Positions 8,732 to 19,689 of a stretch of DNA of 64,000 nucleotides are shown here, in pieces; the first letter of the stretch is position 1, and every line of letters starts with the position of its first letter. The position numbers were made by a program, and so were the translations under genes. Origin of the DNA: a virus; the IMG/VR virus record IMGVR_UViG_3300001533_002564, positions 40,189-104,188 of that record, one strand, 5' to 3'. The notes under the pieces were generated by a model. It was given only the letters and a program-made list of their open reading frames with translations. It was not told the DNA's origin and made no database searches.

Positions 8732-11700
8732 TTAAATTTTTAATGTAATTTCATTTTTATCATCAAAATTATTTGGGTACATTGCCAAATAATGTGTCTG
8801 AACATTATTACTAACAGTAATTTGACTTTGTTCAAAAGCAAGAGTAGCTGCATCTGCTCCGCTTAATCCATTATATCTACTTAAAGCATTTGCTTCTAAT
8901 ACTCTTGGTATTGGATATTCTAATAATTTTGTACCACTAAAACTTGTTATCATTTTATTTGGAGTTATATCATGTTCAACATTTAAGATAATATATGCCC
9001 CATTAAATAATGGAATATTTTCTAATTGAAAATATTGTGTTGGTTGAATCATTACATTTCCTAATCCAGTAACTGTTGCTTTATATGACCTGTTCTCATA
9101 TAAATTATAAAGATTTTGTCCAATTGGAACTTTAGCATCTGGACTATTATCACTAGCCAATCTTGATAAAATTTGAATACTTTCATTAGTTTCTGGATAT
9201 TCTTTACTATCAATTTTTATATCAGTAAACATTGATTGGTTTTGTTCTCCAAATCTAACTCTAAATGCTCTTACTTGACTCCAAGGAAAATTATCATTTT
9301 TTTTAACTTGATTAACATTTTCAGTATAACTTTCTTCATCAGTATTTCTTGAAAACCCACTAATATTTGGTTTACTAATATCGATAATCCCATCATTTTG
9401 AAAACCATTATTTGATATTGATGGATAACTTGATGACCCACCAACATACATACATACAAAATGTGTATTTTGAATATCATCATATCCACCATCATGTATT
9501 TTAAATGAATCAACCCAACTATTTTTTGTTTCAAAATTTAAAAAATTTTGTAATGGAAAAAATTCAAAACCATTTAATGATAATAATTGTGATAACACTG
9601 AAAACAGACTAATATTAGGGTCTTCTAACATTTCAGTTAAAATTTCACAATTAATGATTGTTTCACCAATTGGGTTCATTCCTCTATCAACAAATGCAAA
9701 TGAATCAATTAAATTTTTATTTTTATAATTAAATGGATATTTTTTATCACTATTTGATTGATTATACAACCATTTATCATTAATATTTTTAAATGAATAA
9801 TATAATTGATTTATAATGTGGTCATTTCCTTTTATTCTTTTTAATTCATCATTTTTATTATCAATCTCATCTTGAATTTCATTAAGATTTTTTTTTAAAT
9901 TTAAAAAAAAGTTTTTAAAATATTTTTCATTATATTTTTCATAAACAGAATTTTCTTCATTTAATGATTTAATTGAAGAATAATTAGTTGGGTATGTTTC
10001 TACCATCTTAAATGTTTGTTCTGAAAAATTAATTATATTTTTTCTTTCAATTAAATTACTTAAAATAGGATTAAAATATATTCCTTTATTACCAATATAA
10101 TTATATTCATCATATTTATTACCTATATTTGAGTCTAATAGATAAAGGTAAATCGAGATTTTACTATTATATTGAATTTCTTTCATTTTTGTTAAGCCTT
10201 CAATATCTTTACTATCAATATATTTTCCTTTATTTGTAACATTAACAGCGTCATACATATCTTTAATACTTAACACAATACCATTATGAATATTATTTTT
10301 ATATCTATTATATATTAATTTAAATTGTTCTTTATCATAATCAGATAAATACTTATTAACGTCATGTAAATCAGCTAAAACATAGAATCCACGATTTTCA
10401 AATTTACTACCAGTTTTTGTTGTAAAATATTCAAAAATATCATCATCCCATCCATCTTCAATCGCAGTGAGAAGTGCACCAATATATGGTGAATAAAATG
10501 CTGGAACTTGAAATACTGCTGCATTATTAAAAATTTGAGAATTTAATGAATTTTTATATACATTAAATGGACTAATTGTGTATCCAAAATTAGATAAAAT
10601 TAATAATCGACTTAAATTTTGTGTTGTTGAACCAATAATTGTATCAATTATTTCATTATCTAATTTACCAAAAATAGTTGCCCATATTGTAATAATATTA
10701 TTACCATAATCAAAAACATTATTTTCATCTAATTGTTTAAATGAAATATTACCAAGATCTCGTGCAATTGTTTGTCTTTCAGAATCAGTACCAGTTCCCG
10801 GGAAGTCGGTATTTTTTGTTGAGAAATCAAATTTTGGGTCTGGATAAGCATATTTTTCTCTTTCACTATAATAACTTAAGTATTCACCCTCTGCTAAATA
10901 CCTGCTATAAGTTTGTACACCACCAATAACGTTTTCATCTCTATCTTTACTCAAGAATGAGTCCGTAACAACATTAGTAACATCTAATATATATATTAAA
11001 TTTTCTGTTGTATATTTAAAATAATATTGAATATCATTTAATTTTAAATATTTAGTATACCAAGCATCAGTACCAAATGTATTTAACCAAGTATTGATTG
11101 ATGTTTCAGAAGATGTATCTCCTTGATAACTTATATTATTAACTTCCAAGTTTACACCCTTAAAATTGGGATTTTTTTTATCAACATAAACATCGCCATC
11201 ACCAATTTGAAAACTTTCTGGTTCATCTGAAAAATCATATATTGTACCATAATCAGTATTTATTTTACCCATTGCAGTATATAAATTATTAATTGATTTA
11301 GAATATTTATTAACCATATCAGTAAAAAGACCAATGTTTTTTTCAGTAATAAATGACATTAAATTAATTGCTTCGGCTTCAGAATATAAATCAATATTTG
11401 CGCTAGCTAATGAAATATATTCATCATTTATTGGGTAAAATGATTCTGTAAGTGTTCCTTGACTTAAAACATAAAAACGTTCAACTAATTTTTTTAATAC
11501 TTCATCATGAATGTTATCTGTTATTTCTAAGTATGGACTTTTTGATGATGCACCACCAAGTGTTGAATCATATGGAGATATTGGTATCCAATTATTAACA
11601 TTATCTTCATTTTTATCGTCTCTAGCAAAATATTGTTGAGTAAAAGTGATTTGGTCACTAAATGCATCAATAAATTTATCAACAAGATTAAGTTCAGGAA

Positions 11701-13387
11701 AAGGAACTTTTCTACTCAATTCTAGTGGTGCTACACGACTTTGTCTACCTGCTGTAGTGTTAACTATTAATGGAAATGGATAAATATGAGGATTATTTTC
11801 TTTATCTTCATTATATGAACTATCAGCTAAAATTATTCTTTTATTTGAACTTATATTATGTGACTCATCAGCAGTAGTTACTGTTGAATTTAATGTAAAA
11901 AAGAATTTATCTACATCATCTAATATTATTTTAAATATATTGTATATTGACGGGGTCATTCCCAATTTTTCTAGAGTTAATGCATTAATTTTTGTTGTTA
12001 ACTCTATTGCAATATTTCTATTTTTTATTTCTAATTTATCTTTTTGTTTATATAACTTAGTATAATATGTTGTAATATCAATACCATAATATTTTGTATT
12101 AGTTTTACTATTATTATCTCTAAAATCTTTTATATTATAAAATGATTCTGGTTTACCAATATCACTATCACTAATATTATCTAATAATACATTTTGATTT
12201 AGTAAAATTTTTCTATATTCAAGCAATGGTGTTTCAAATAATGAATTGTCTTCAGTTGTAAATTCCCAAAAAGATTCTTTGGGTTTATTTTCACTAATTG
12301 TTTTATTTGTTCCAGCAACATAAAGAATAAATAATTTTGTTGATGATAATGTTTCAATACCATTTGATTCTTGATTTTTAATTCTATTATTAATTACTGA
12401 TAAATCATTAATTTCTGTTATATCATTATCACTTAGAATACTGTTTTGAGTGTTATCTTGATTTTTTACATGATTCGTATCAACCATAACTAAATATGAT
12501 TCATTTTTATTTAATATTTCATTATTTTTAATATTTGAAGGATTTAACATTTCCATAACTGAATTAATTGATTTAATAATGTCAAGATTATTCTTTATAT
12601 CATTATTTTCTTGTTCAGTTTTCAATAAATCAGAAGTCGCACTATAAAGACTTTTTAATTGTAATATTAATTGAAAAGTGTTCTTTGGTATTTCTTTTGG
12701 TTCAGGGTTCATTGAGTTATTACCATCATCATTATTATCAATTAATGATGTATTAACAACATATCCAAATAAAATATCTGTTAATGGTGCAAATGTTAGT
12801 GCAACAAATTGTGCATCAATAACAAAATTACCATTAGCAGCATTAAATTCTGATGTATATTTAACTAAGTGTAAGTCATATGCTATTGGTTTTCCATAAT
12901 ATCCTTTAACTGTTAATTTAAATATTGGTGGTGGAAAATCAAATAGCATTTGATATGGTGAATCAGTTTGATTAAAAAATGCCAATCCTCTAATATCAAT
13001 AAATTGAATATTGACTTGTGGAATAAACGATGAATTTATTGTAATTTTTATATTATTAATACCGAAACCTTCATAATGCTGTCCATCTGGATTACTTCCA
13101 TCATAATAATTTGTAGTAAAATTTAAATGATTGGGGTCGTTCGTTTCATTATCTTGATTGTTACCAATAAAGTTAATTGGGGGTTTTGATTTAGTACTAC
13201 TTACATTATTATCAATGATAACAGTTCTTTCTTTACTTTTTGCAGTTAATTCAGCAAAAATATACATATTTTCATATTGAGGTATACCATTAACAATATT
13301 ATTATTAATATTTATTGTATTTGGGTCAATTAATATTACGTTACCATTATCATCTACATTCTCTTCAGCCATTATTATATTTTTCAT
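8732..13387 (-). CDS. Large virion structural protein (baseplate hub-like), 1551 aa
   Basis: Late motif at 13388-13395; C-terminal VTGLGNVMIQPTQYFQLENIP..NGAYIILNVEHDI resembles hub/late-control-D folds; next to SLT gene. Confidence 0.55.
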   Translation of the reverse strand: MKNIIMAEENVDDNGNVILIDPNTININNNIVNGIPQYENMYIFAELTAKSKERTVIIDNNVSSTKSKPPINFIGNNQDNETNDPNHLNFTTNYYDGSNPDGQHYEGFGINNIKITINSSFIPQVNIQFIDIRGLAFFNQTDSPYQMLFDFPPPIFKLTVKGYYGKPIAYDLHLVKYTSEFNAANGNFVIDAQFVALTFAPLTDILFGYVVNTSLIDNNDDGNNSMNPEPKEIPKNTFQLILQLKSLYSATSDLLKTEQENNDIKNNLDIIKSINSVMEMLNPSNIKNNEILNKNESYLVMVDTNHVKNQDNTQNSILSDNDITEINDLSVINNRIKNQESNGIETLSSTKLFILYVAGTNKTISENKPKESFWEFTTEDNSLFETPLLEYRKILLNQNVLLDNISDSDIGKPESFYNIKDFRDNNSKTNTKYYGIDITTYYTKLYKQKDKLEIKNRNIAIELTTKINALTLEKLGMTPSIYNIFKIILDDVDKFFFTLNSTVTTADESHNISSNKRIILADSSYNEDKENNPHIYPFPLIVNTTAGRQSRVAPLELSRKVPFPELNLVDKFIDAFSDQITFTQQYFARDDKNEDNVNNWIPISPYDSTLGGASSKSPYLEITDNIHDEVLKKLVERFYVLSQGTLTESFYPINDEYISLASANIDLYSEAEAINLMSFITEKNIGLFTDMVNKYSKSINNLYTAMGKINTDYGTIYDFSDEPESFQIGDGDVYVDKKNPNFKGVNLEVNNISYQGDTSSETSINTWLNTFGTDAWYTKYLKLNDIQYYFKYTTENLIYILDVTNVVTDSFLSKDRDENVIGGVQTYSRYLAEGEYLSYYSEREKYAYPDPKFDFSTKNTDFPGTGTDSERQTIARDLGNISFKQLDENNVFDYGNNIITIWATIFGKLDNEIIDTIIGSTTQNLSRLLILSNFGYTISPFNVYKNSLNSQIFNNAAVFQVPAFYSPYIGALLTAIEDGWDDDIFEYFTTKTGSKFENRGFYVLADLHDVNKYLSDYDKEQFKLIYNRYKNNIHNGIVLSIKDMYDAVNVTNKGKYIDSKDIEGLTKMKEIQYNSKISIYLYLLDSNIGNKYDEYNYIGNKGIYFNPILSNLIERKNIINFSEQTFKMVETYPTNYSSIKSLNEENSVYEKYNEKYFKNFFLNLKKNLNEIQDEIDNKNDELKRIKGNDHIINQLYYSFKNINDKWLYNQSNSDKKYPFNYKNKNLIDSFAFVDRGMNPIGETIINCEILTEMLEDPNISLFSVLSQLLSLNGFEFFPLQNFLNFETKNSWVDSFKIHDGGYDDIQNTHFVCMYVGGSSSYPSISNNGFQNDGIIDISKPNISGFSRNTDEESYTENVNQVKKNDNFPWSQVRAFRVRFGEQNQSMFTDIKIDSKEYPETNESIQILSRLASDNSPDAKVPIGQNLYNLYENRSYKATVTGLGNVMIQPTQYFQLENIPLFNGAYIILNVEHDITPNKMITSFSGTKLLEYPIPRVLEANALSRYNGLSGADAATLAFEQSQITVSNNVQTHYLAMYPNNFDDKNEITLKI

Positions 13388-13461
13388 ATAAATACCTTAG
13401 AATAAAAAATATAATAATTACTACCAAATTGAATTATTTAAACTATTTATATTAAACGAAA

Positions 13462-13878
13462 ATGATGTTATTAAAAGCAACAGAGATATTAAATCAAAAT
13501 ATTCATTCAATTTGGGAAAATATATTCTTCTATTTATTTATTGTAATAATATTATTTTTTTTAATATCAATATTTTTCCATATAAAAATTTTTAGAAAGA
13601 AGAATAATGAAATTAAATTATTACAACAACAAAATATAACACGAATAGATAATATTAGAAAAGAAAATTCAAGTGTTTTAGATAATCTTAGAGTTGAAAT
13701 GTTAAAACATGAAAATGAGAGAATCCGTCAATGGATGGAAAGTGAAAAAGAAACCCTTCATGTTTTAAATGGTGTTTCAACATTATTAGAATTAAGTGAT
13801 AAAGTTGATAAGGTTGAATTTAAAAATATTCGTGAAGCATTAAATGTAATTGAAAAATTAATAAAAGACCTTAAATAA
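13462..13878 (+). CDS. Membrane-anchored coiled-coil protein (possible lysis/holin-like)
   Basis: One strong TM segment then coiled coil; CTATTTAT motif at 13443. Confidence 0.5.
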   Translation: MMLLKATEILNQNIHSIWENIFFYLFIVIILFFLISIFFHIKIFRKKNNEIKLLQQQNITRIDNIRKENSSVLDNLRVEMLKHENERIRQWMESEKETLHVLNGVSTLLELSDKVDKVEFKNIREALNVIEKLIKDLK

Positions 13879-13890
13879 AATAGAATTCTG

Positions 13891-14040
13891 ATGGGAAAAA
13901 TTAATAAACTTAAGGAAATTAATAAGAAAATAAGTAGAATATTAAATGACTTAGAGACGGATATATTTATAAAAAATATTGATATTGAAAACAATAGAAT
14001 CATTAAGAAATATAATCAAACCCTTATTAACTCAAAATAA
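13891..14040 (+). CDS. Small hypothetical protein, 49 aa (MGKINKLKEIN...)
   Basis: ATG-TAA ORF filling the gap; below the ORF-track size cutoff. Confidence 0.5.
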   Translation: MGKINKLKEINKKISRILNDLETDIFIKNIDIENNRIIKKYNQTLINSK

Positions 14041-14072
14041 AATTATTAACTATTTATTAAAAACAAATTAAT

Positions 14073-14789
14073 ATGTTTAAAAAAAAATTAAGCAGAATAT
14101 TAGAAGAAGGTGATACTGGTTTCGGTATTTTAATTGAACATGATGCTGGATTTATTAATTCTGAAATTAACAAAAATATCCTTAATGAAAATTTTGAATT
14201 AAAACCTAATGAACCCGTACTAGTTAATTGTATATTACAAAAATGGGGTGTAAAAAATAAAAATGGTAGGATTTATCCAAAGGAAGTATTATTACCACAA
14301 GTTAATATATATCAAGAATTAGTTAATACAAATAGTGCTGTATCTGAAGCAGACCATCCTGATTCATCAATAATATCATTAAATAATATATCACATATGA
14401 TAACTAAAATGTGGTGGGGTATTGGTGAACAAGAAAATGTATTATTTGGTCAATTAAAATTAATTGTATCACCGGGATACATTAATTTTGGTATTGTTTC
14501 AGTTATTGGTGATAAAATTGTATTGTATTTACAAAATAAAATTAAATTAGGTATTTCAAGTCGTGGAGTAGGAACTTTAAAAGAAATTAATGGTGAAAAT
14601 TTAGTTCAAGATGATTTTGAATTAATTGGGTTTGATTTAGTGGCAACGCCAAGTACACCGGGAGCATTTCTTTTTCCTGAAAAAAATGGTGATATGAGTT
14701 TCGGAGAAAATTATGTAAATAAAAACGGTATTTTATTAAAAGAAGATAACAATAAAATAATAACTGCAATAGATAAATTTTTATTATAA
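14073..14789 (+). CDS. Prohead protease (T4 gp21-like)
   Basis: KNKNGRIYPKEVL, EADHP, SH, LGISSRGVG, FDLVATPSTPGA motifs. Confidence 0.92.
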   Translation: MFKKKLSRILEEGDTGFGILIEHDAGFINSEINKNILNENFELKPNEPVLVNCILQKWGVKNKNGRIYPKEVLLPQVNIYQELVNTNSAVSEADHPDSSIISLNNISHMITKMWWGIGEQENVLFGQLKLIVSPGYINFGIVSVIGDKIVLYLQNKIKLGISSRGVGTLKEINGENLVQDDFELIGFDLVATPSTPGAFLFPEKNGDMSFGENYVNKNGILLKEDNNKIITAIDKFLL

Positions 14790-14918
14790 AAGCGCATAAT
14801 ATAATGATAAAAAATTGTATATGCAAGAAAATTAGGTGTTTTTTATTAAAAATTACACTTTTTCATAATAAGAATGTATTTATATAAAAATTATAGTATT
14901 AGATATTACATATAAATA

Positions 14919-16445
14919 ATGAAAAACGATAAAAAAAAATCGGTAATTAAAGAAGCACTTGTTGAATATACTGAGATTCAAGAAGCTGCTATTGCTAATG
15001 CTAAAAAAAATTTAGCTGAAAAATATCCTGAAAAGTTTAATGATTTATTAAAGGAAGAATTAAATAAAAATAAAAAGACAAAAGAGTCATATAAAAAAAT
15101 AGACGAAAGTAAAGAATCTGAAAAAGATGATGTCGAAACTAATAAAGAAGATGATGTTATGAAAAAACAAACTAAAGAGACTAAAAAAGTTGTAAAAGAA
15201 GGTAAAGAAAAGAATCAACCATTTGATGAAAAAGCACCAGAAAACGGACCTGACGTTGTGAAAGAAGAACGTGAGAAAGATTTCATGGGAGATGTTGAAA
15301 AAGATACTCCTAATAAAGCTGATGGTAAAACCGAAGACGGTGATACTTACAGTGAAAAAATTACTACAAAAAAAGAAACTCTTGCGAATAAGACTTCTGT
15401 AAAAGAAGAGTTTGATATGACAGACCTTGACCAACAAGCTGTTGGTTCTGCAATCGAAGAAGCAGAAGATGATGATGAAATTATCACAATGAATGAAATT
15501 GAAAATGAAATTCAAGGGATGGACTCTTTAGAAGAAGAACTTAGCGACATGAGTGGATTGCCTCGTCCAGAATTAGAACCACGTGGTTCTGCTCAAGGTC
15601 AAGAAGGTGATGCATTTACTAAATTAGTTAAGATGAGAGAACAACTTGACGAAATGATAAGTGGAATGAATGTTGCCGAACAAAAAAATAATGGTGGACA
15701 GGGTGCTAATAAAGTAAATGCTGGCGGACCGACTCAATCAATGATTGATGAAGAAGATATTACTGATGCTGATGTTGAAGCAGTTTTAGGTTCTGCTCCA
15801 GAAATGGATGAACAAGAAATTGTTGATGAACAAGAAGTTGATGAAAATATGGAACATACTCAAACTCATCATAATGCAAGAAAAACAGGTTCTCATAACA
15901 ATACCAATTATGGTAAAGAAAATAGATTGCGTGACGCAATGAAAGAAAATGAAAATAAAAAGATTAGTAGTTTAATTAGTGAAAACAAAGGTTTAACAAA
16001 GAAATTGAACGAAACTAAGAAATTCAAGCAGTCAGTGACTACATTAGTAGAACAATATAAGTCTGCACTTGAAAAATATCGTAATCAACTTAAAGAAATG
16101 GCTACATTTAATACCAATTTGGCACATGTAAATAACCTATTGGTTAATGAAAGTCTTGCTTTAACTCAACAAGATAAAATTAAGATTATCAACGAGTTTA
16201 AAAAAGTAGATACAATTGCTGAATCACAGAAAAAGTATAAAACATTTTTATCAGAAATGAAAGAAAATAAACCTACTTTATCTGAAAGTATTGAAAAAAA
16301 GGTGAGTGCCTCTATCTCACCATCTTCAAAACAAAATATTGAGGAAGCAAAAGAAGTAACAGCATACGCAGATGATGAACACATCAATAAAATGAAAAGA
16401 TTAATCGAGTATGTTGAAAAAAGAGAGAATAAAAAAATAATTTAA
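14919..16445 (+). CDS. Prohead scaffold/core protein (gp22-like)
   Basis: Very acidic, coiled-coil protein between protease and major capsid protein. Confidence 0.75.
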   Translation: MKNDKKKSVIKEALVEYTEIQEAAIANAKKNLAEKYPEKFNDLLKEELNKNKKTKESYKKIDESKESEKDDVETNKEDDVMKKQTKETKKVVKEGKEKNQPFDEKAPENGPDVVKEEREKDFMGDVEKDTPNKADGKTEDGDTYSEKITTKKETLANKTSVKEEFDMTDLDQQAVGSAIEEAEDDDEIITMNEIENEIQGMDSLEEELSDMSGLPRPELEPRGSAQGQEGDAFTKLVKMREQLDEMISGMNVAEQKNNGGQGANKVNAGGPTQSMIDEEDITDADVEAVLGSAPEMDEQEIVDEQEVDENMEHTQTHHNARKTGSHNNTNYGKENRLRDAMKENENKKISSLISENKGLTKKLNETKKFKQSVTTLVEQYKSALEKYRNQLKEMATFNTNLAHVNNLLVNESLALTQQDKIKIINEFKKVDTIAESQKKYKTFLSEMKENKPTLSESIEKKVSASISPSSKQNIEEAKEVTAYADDEHINKMKRLIEYVEKRENKKII

Positions 16446-16467
16446 AAAACATAAAAAATATAAATAA

Positions 16468-18138
16468 ATGGGATTTTTAATGGAAAGTGCGGAAGTTGGT
16501 AATATTGGATTAAAACAACTCCGTGAACAAAGAGAAATAACATCTAATCGTTGGGAAAAGATTGGATTGTTAGAAGGATTAGAAGGAAATATAAAAGAAA
16601 ACTGTGCTCAATTATTTGAGAATCAGTTGTCACACATGATTAATGAATCATCAGATTCATCTAATAGTGGTCAATTTGAAACAGTTGCTTTTCCTGTAAT
16701 TCGAAGAGTATTCGCTAAATTATTAGCAAATGATATCGTGTCAGTACAAGCACTTAACTTACCTATTGGTAAATTGTACTATATTAACCCTAAAACTAGT
16801 GTTAGATCAGAACAAACTGCTGGCGTTCATACTTCACCTGATGGTGCTTATGGAAATGCTGCTGATAAAGCTGCTGATTCAAGAACTCAGTTCGAAACTC
16901 GTTCATTATATGATGCATTCTATGCAAGTAAATATGATGAAGAAGGTACATCATTATTTGACCGTTCAAAAGGTGATATTACTGTTGTAACTGGTGCAAC
17001 TACTGCTGAAACATTTACAATTGGTATTGATAAATATGTACAATTAACTGTTGGTGATATTTATAGTACTGCTGAAGGTAAATTGGTAGGACCTACTGGT
17101 GTTCCAATGGACACTGAATCATTCCTTGCTGGTTTAAGAGTTGTTGCTGACGTTGATTTAACTGCTCCAGCACCTTATACTGAAGAAGGTATTACTGCTG
17201 GTGATGCAATTCCTTTCAATGTAAAAGTACAGAAATACGGACAAGCTATTGTAAGTAAAGACGGTGAATTAATTTTACTTGTTGACCTTACTTATGCTGG
17301 TACTAATGGTTATCAACCACTTAGTGGTGCAAGTACACTTAATTTCAGTGTAACTTACAGAACATATTCTGACCTTGAAGAAGACTCAAGAATGGCTGAA
17401 GTTTCCTTCCAATTAGACCAAGTTCCTGTTTCTGTTGAAACACGTAAAATGCGTGCTATGTGGACACCTGAATTAGCCCAAGACGTTTCTGCATTCCATA
17501 ATATCGATGCTGAAGCAGAATTAACTGCTTTATTATCTGAACAAATGGCTGCTGAAATAGACCGTGAAATTCTTCGTGACTTACGTAAAGGTGCTGCTTG
17601 GACTGCTCGTTGGGATTATAATGGACTACGTAAACAAGGTAGTACTAATCAATATTACGGTGTACAAAAAGACTGGAATCAAACATTGGTTACTAAAATC
17701 AATCAGATTTCTGCACAAATTCACAAAGCAACACTTCGTGGTGGTGCATCTTGGGTAGTTGTTTCTCCTGAAGTATCTGCTGTATTTGATGACCTTGAAT
17801 ATTTCCACGTATCTAATGCTGCTCCAGAGCAGGATAAATACAACATGGGTATTGAGAAAATCGGTATTTTAAGTGGACGTTATTTAGTATATCGTGACCC
17901 ATATTCTCCAGCTAACACTGTGCTTATTGGTCATAAAGGAACTAGTATTCTTGAGACCGGTTACATATATGCGCCATACGTTCCTATGCAGTTAACTCCT
18001 GTAATGTATAATCCGTTTGATTTCACACCAATACGTGGTATCATGACTCGTTATGCTAAGAAAATGGTATTAAACCGTTACTATGGTAGAATCTATTGCG
18101 ATGGTCTTCAGACTTTCGGAATCGGTGACTTACAGTAA
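16468..18138 (+). CDS. Major capsid protein (T4 gp23-like)
   Basis: LLENQ-like LFENQ, DIVSVQAL, RKMRAMWTPELAQD..AFHNIDAEAEL, EIDREI, YAPYVP, GIMTRY. Confidence 0.96.
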   Translation: MGFLMESAEVGNIGLKQLREQREITSNRWEKIGLLEGLEGNIKENCAQLFENQLSHMINESSDSSNSGQFETVAFPVIRRVFAKLLANDIVSVQALNLPIGKLYYINPKTSVRSEQTAGVHTSPDGAYGNAADKAADSRTQFETRSLYDAFYASKYDEEGTSLFDRSKGDITVVTGATTAETFTIGIDKYVQLTVGDIYSTAEGKLVGPTGVPMDTESFLAGLRVVADVDLTAPAPYTEEGITAGDAIPFNVKVQKYGQAIVSKDGELILLVDLTYAGTNGYQPLSGASTLNFSVTYRTYSDLEEDSRMAEVSFQLDQVPVSVETRKMRAMWTPELAQDVSAFHNIDAEAELTALLSEQMAAEIDREILRDLRKGAAWTARWDYNGLRKQGSTNQYYGVQKDWNQTLVTKINQISAQIHKATLRGGASWVVVSPEVSAVFDDLEYFHVSNAAPEQDKYNMGIEKIGILSGRYLVYRDPYSPANTVLIGHKGTSILETGYIYAPYVPMQLTPVMYNPFDFTPIRGIMTRYAKKMVLNRYYGRIYCDGLQTFGIGDLQ

Positions 18139-18159
18139 TCAATAAACTGAAATATTTTT

Positions 18160-18190
18160 AAAAAGAGTTGGAATGTTCCAACTCTTTTTT
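18160..18190 (+). terminator. Terminator after major capsid gene
   Basis: aaaaagagttggaa-tg-ttccaactcttttt. Confidence 0.85.
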
Positions 18191-18198
18191 TATTTTTG
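18168..18198 (+). promoter_or_regulatory. Bacteroidota housekeeping-sigma promoter (TTG-N20-TATTTTTG)
   Basis: Matches -33 TTG / -7 TAnnTTTG; overlaps the terminator; 22 nt before ATG at 18221. Confidence 0.5.
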
Positions 18199-18220
18199 TA
18201 TTGCATTAACACATATCTTT

Positions 18221-19678
18221 ATGGAAGCATATCAATTTAAAATAAGAAAACAAAAATCTCAATCAGAAAAAATTGATTTTGATTTAAATCAAATTACGCT
18301 TAAAAATTCTGAAATTAAATTAATTGATAAAGAAACAGCAAAAAAAATAATTATTGAATATGAATGGTTAGAATCAATGCCATTTATAGTTAAATATTGT
18401 TTTGGTATTTATTTTAACGTTAATAATAAAAAACAAATTGGTGGTGTATTAGTTTTTAGTAATGATTATGCCGATAATACTGGTGTCTGGGATAAATATG
18501 GTTTTACTGATAAATTAATATTATTAAGTAGAGGAGTTTGTTTATGGTGGACACCAAAAAATACAGCATCATATTTTATATCAAAAGCTACTGATTGGTT
18601 AAAAAAGAATACTAAATATAGAATAATAACAGCAACAGTAGACCCTGCTGCTGGTGAAGTTGGAACAATATATCAATCATTAAATTGGAAATATGTTGGT
18701 GTTATGAGTGGAAATTATTATCATAAAAAAGAATCTAAGAGATTTGGAGTCATAATTGATGGAAAATTGAGAGGTAGTAGGTGGTGTAGAAGTAATTTAG
18801 GTTGTATGAAGAAAGAAGTTATTTTATCGAAATACCCTGATGCTAAGTTTGTTCATCAATATAGAAAAAAACGATATTTTTATTTTATCGATACTAAAGC
18901 AAATAATAAAAAACATCTAAATGCAATTAAACATCTTCTTTTACTCTATCCTAAAAGGAATCAAGATATAATTGGTATCATTTATTTAATTAGGAATAAA
19001 GTAAATGATAAAAAATATGTCGGTCAAACAATTCGTGCATTAAGTGATAGAATTAATGACTATAAAAGAGGTTTTGGTAATGATTATTTAAATAATTCAT
19101 TTAATAAATATGGTTGGGATAATTTCGAATTTTCAGTTATTGATTCAGCACAAACTATTGAAGAACTAAATTCGAAAGAAATTAAATACATTTTAAAATA
19201 TAATACAACTAACAAAGAATTTGGATATAATATTGAAATAGGTGGTTGTAATTCAATTCCAAATATCGAAACTTTAGAAAAAATGTCCAAATCTCATTTA
19301 GGTATTAAACAAACAGATGAATGGATTAATAAAAGAATAGCTAAAGCAGGAACTGATAATGCTAAAAAATATGGTAAAATAAAGACTGATGATGAAAAAC
19401 AAGAACTTAGTCTAAAATCACCAAAATATTGGTTAGGTAAAAATCATGATATTGAGACAAGAGAAAAAATAAGTAAAACAAAAAAAGAAAGGGGTTTATC
19501 TGTTAAACAAAAAGAAGTGTTATGTAAGAAAGTATATAAAATAAATATTATTGATAATAATACAATTGATTATGATTCAACAAAACATGCTTCAATAATT
19601 GAAGGTGTAAATCAATCAACAATATCAAGATGGTGTAAAAACAAAAAAACTATTAATGGATTTTTATGGAAATATTAA
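18221..19678 (+). CDS. Mom-like (GNAT) DNA-modification domain fused to GIY-YIG endonuclease with NUMOD/HTH tail
   Basis: LSRGVC..TPKNTASYFIS..IITATVDP..GEVGTIYQSLNWKYVG; then IIGIIYLIRN..KKYVGQT, GYN, NUMOD3-like and HTH repeats; start moved from 18173 (inside terminator) to 18221. Confidence 0.75.
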   Translation: MEAYQFKIRKQKSQSEKIDFDLNQITLKNSEIKLIDKETAKKIIIEYEWLESMPFIVKYCFGIYFNVNNKKQIGGVLVFSNDYADNTGVWDKYGFTDKLILLSRGVCLWWTPKNTASYFISKATDWLKKNTKYRIITATVDPAAGEVGTIYQSLNWKYVGVMSGNYYHKKESKRFGVIIDGKLRGSRWCRSNLGCMKKEVILSKYPDAKFVHQYRKKRYFYFIDTKANNKKHLNAIKHLLLLYPKRNQDIIGIIYLIRNKVNDKKYVGQTIRALSDRINDYKRGFGNDYLNNSFNKYGWDNFEFSVIDSAQTIEELNSKEIKYILKYNTTNKEFGYNIEIGGCNSIPNIETLEKMSKSHLGIKQTDEWINKRIAKAGTDNAKKYGKIKTDDEKQELSLKSPKYWLGKNHDIETREKISKTKKERGLSVKQKEVLCKKVYKINIIDNNTIDYDSTKHASIIEGVNQSTISRWCKNKKTINGFLWKY

Positions 19679-19689
19679 TTTACTTATTT

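Noticed and set aside
17940-18138. Recoded 3' end of the major capsid gene imported with the adjacent nuclease
   Set aside because: A few rarer codons (GCG, CCG, ATA, CAG) occur, but no relic copy was found and I cannot test codon bias by eye.
18173-18220. ORF-track start for the Mom-GIY-YIG gene
   Set aside because: It lies inside the terminator hairpin; ATG 18221 downstream of the promoter box is more plausible.
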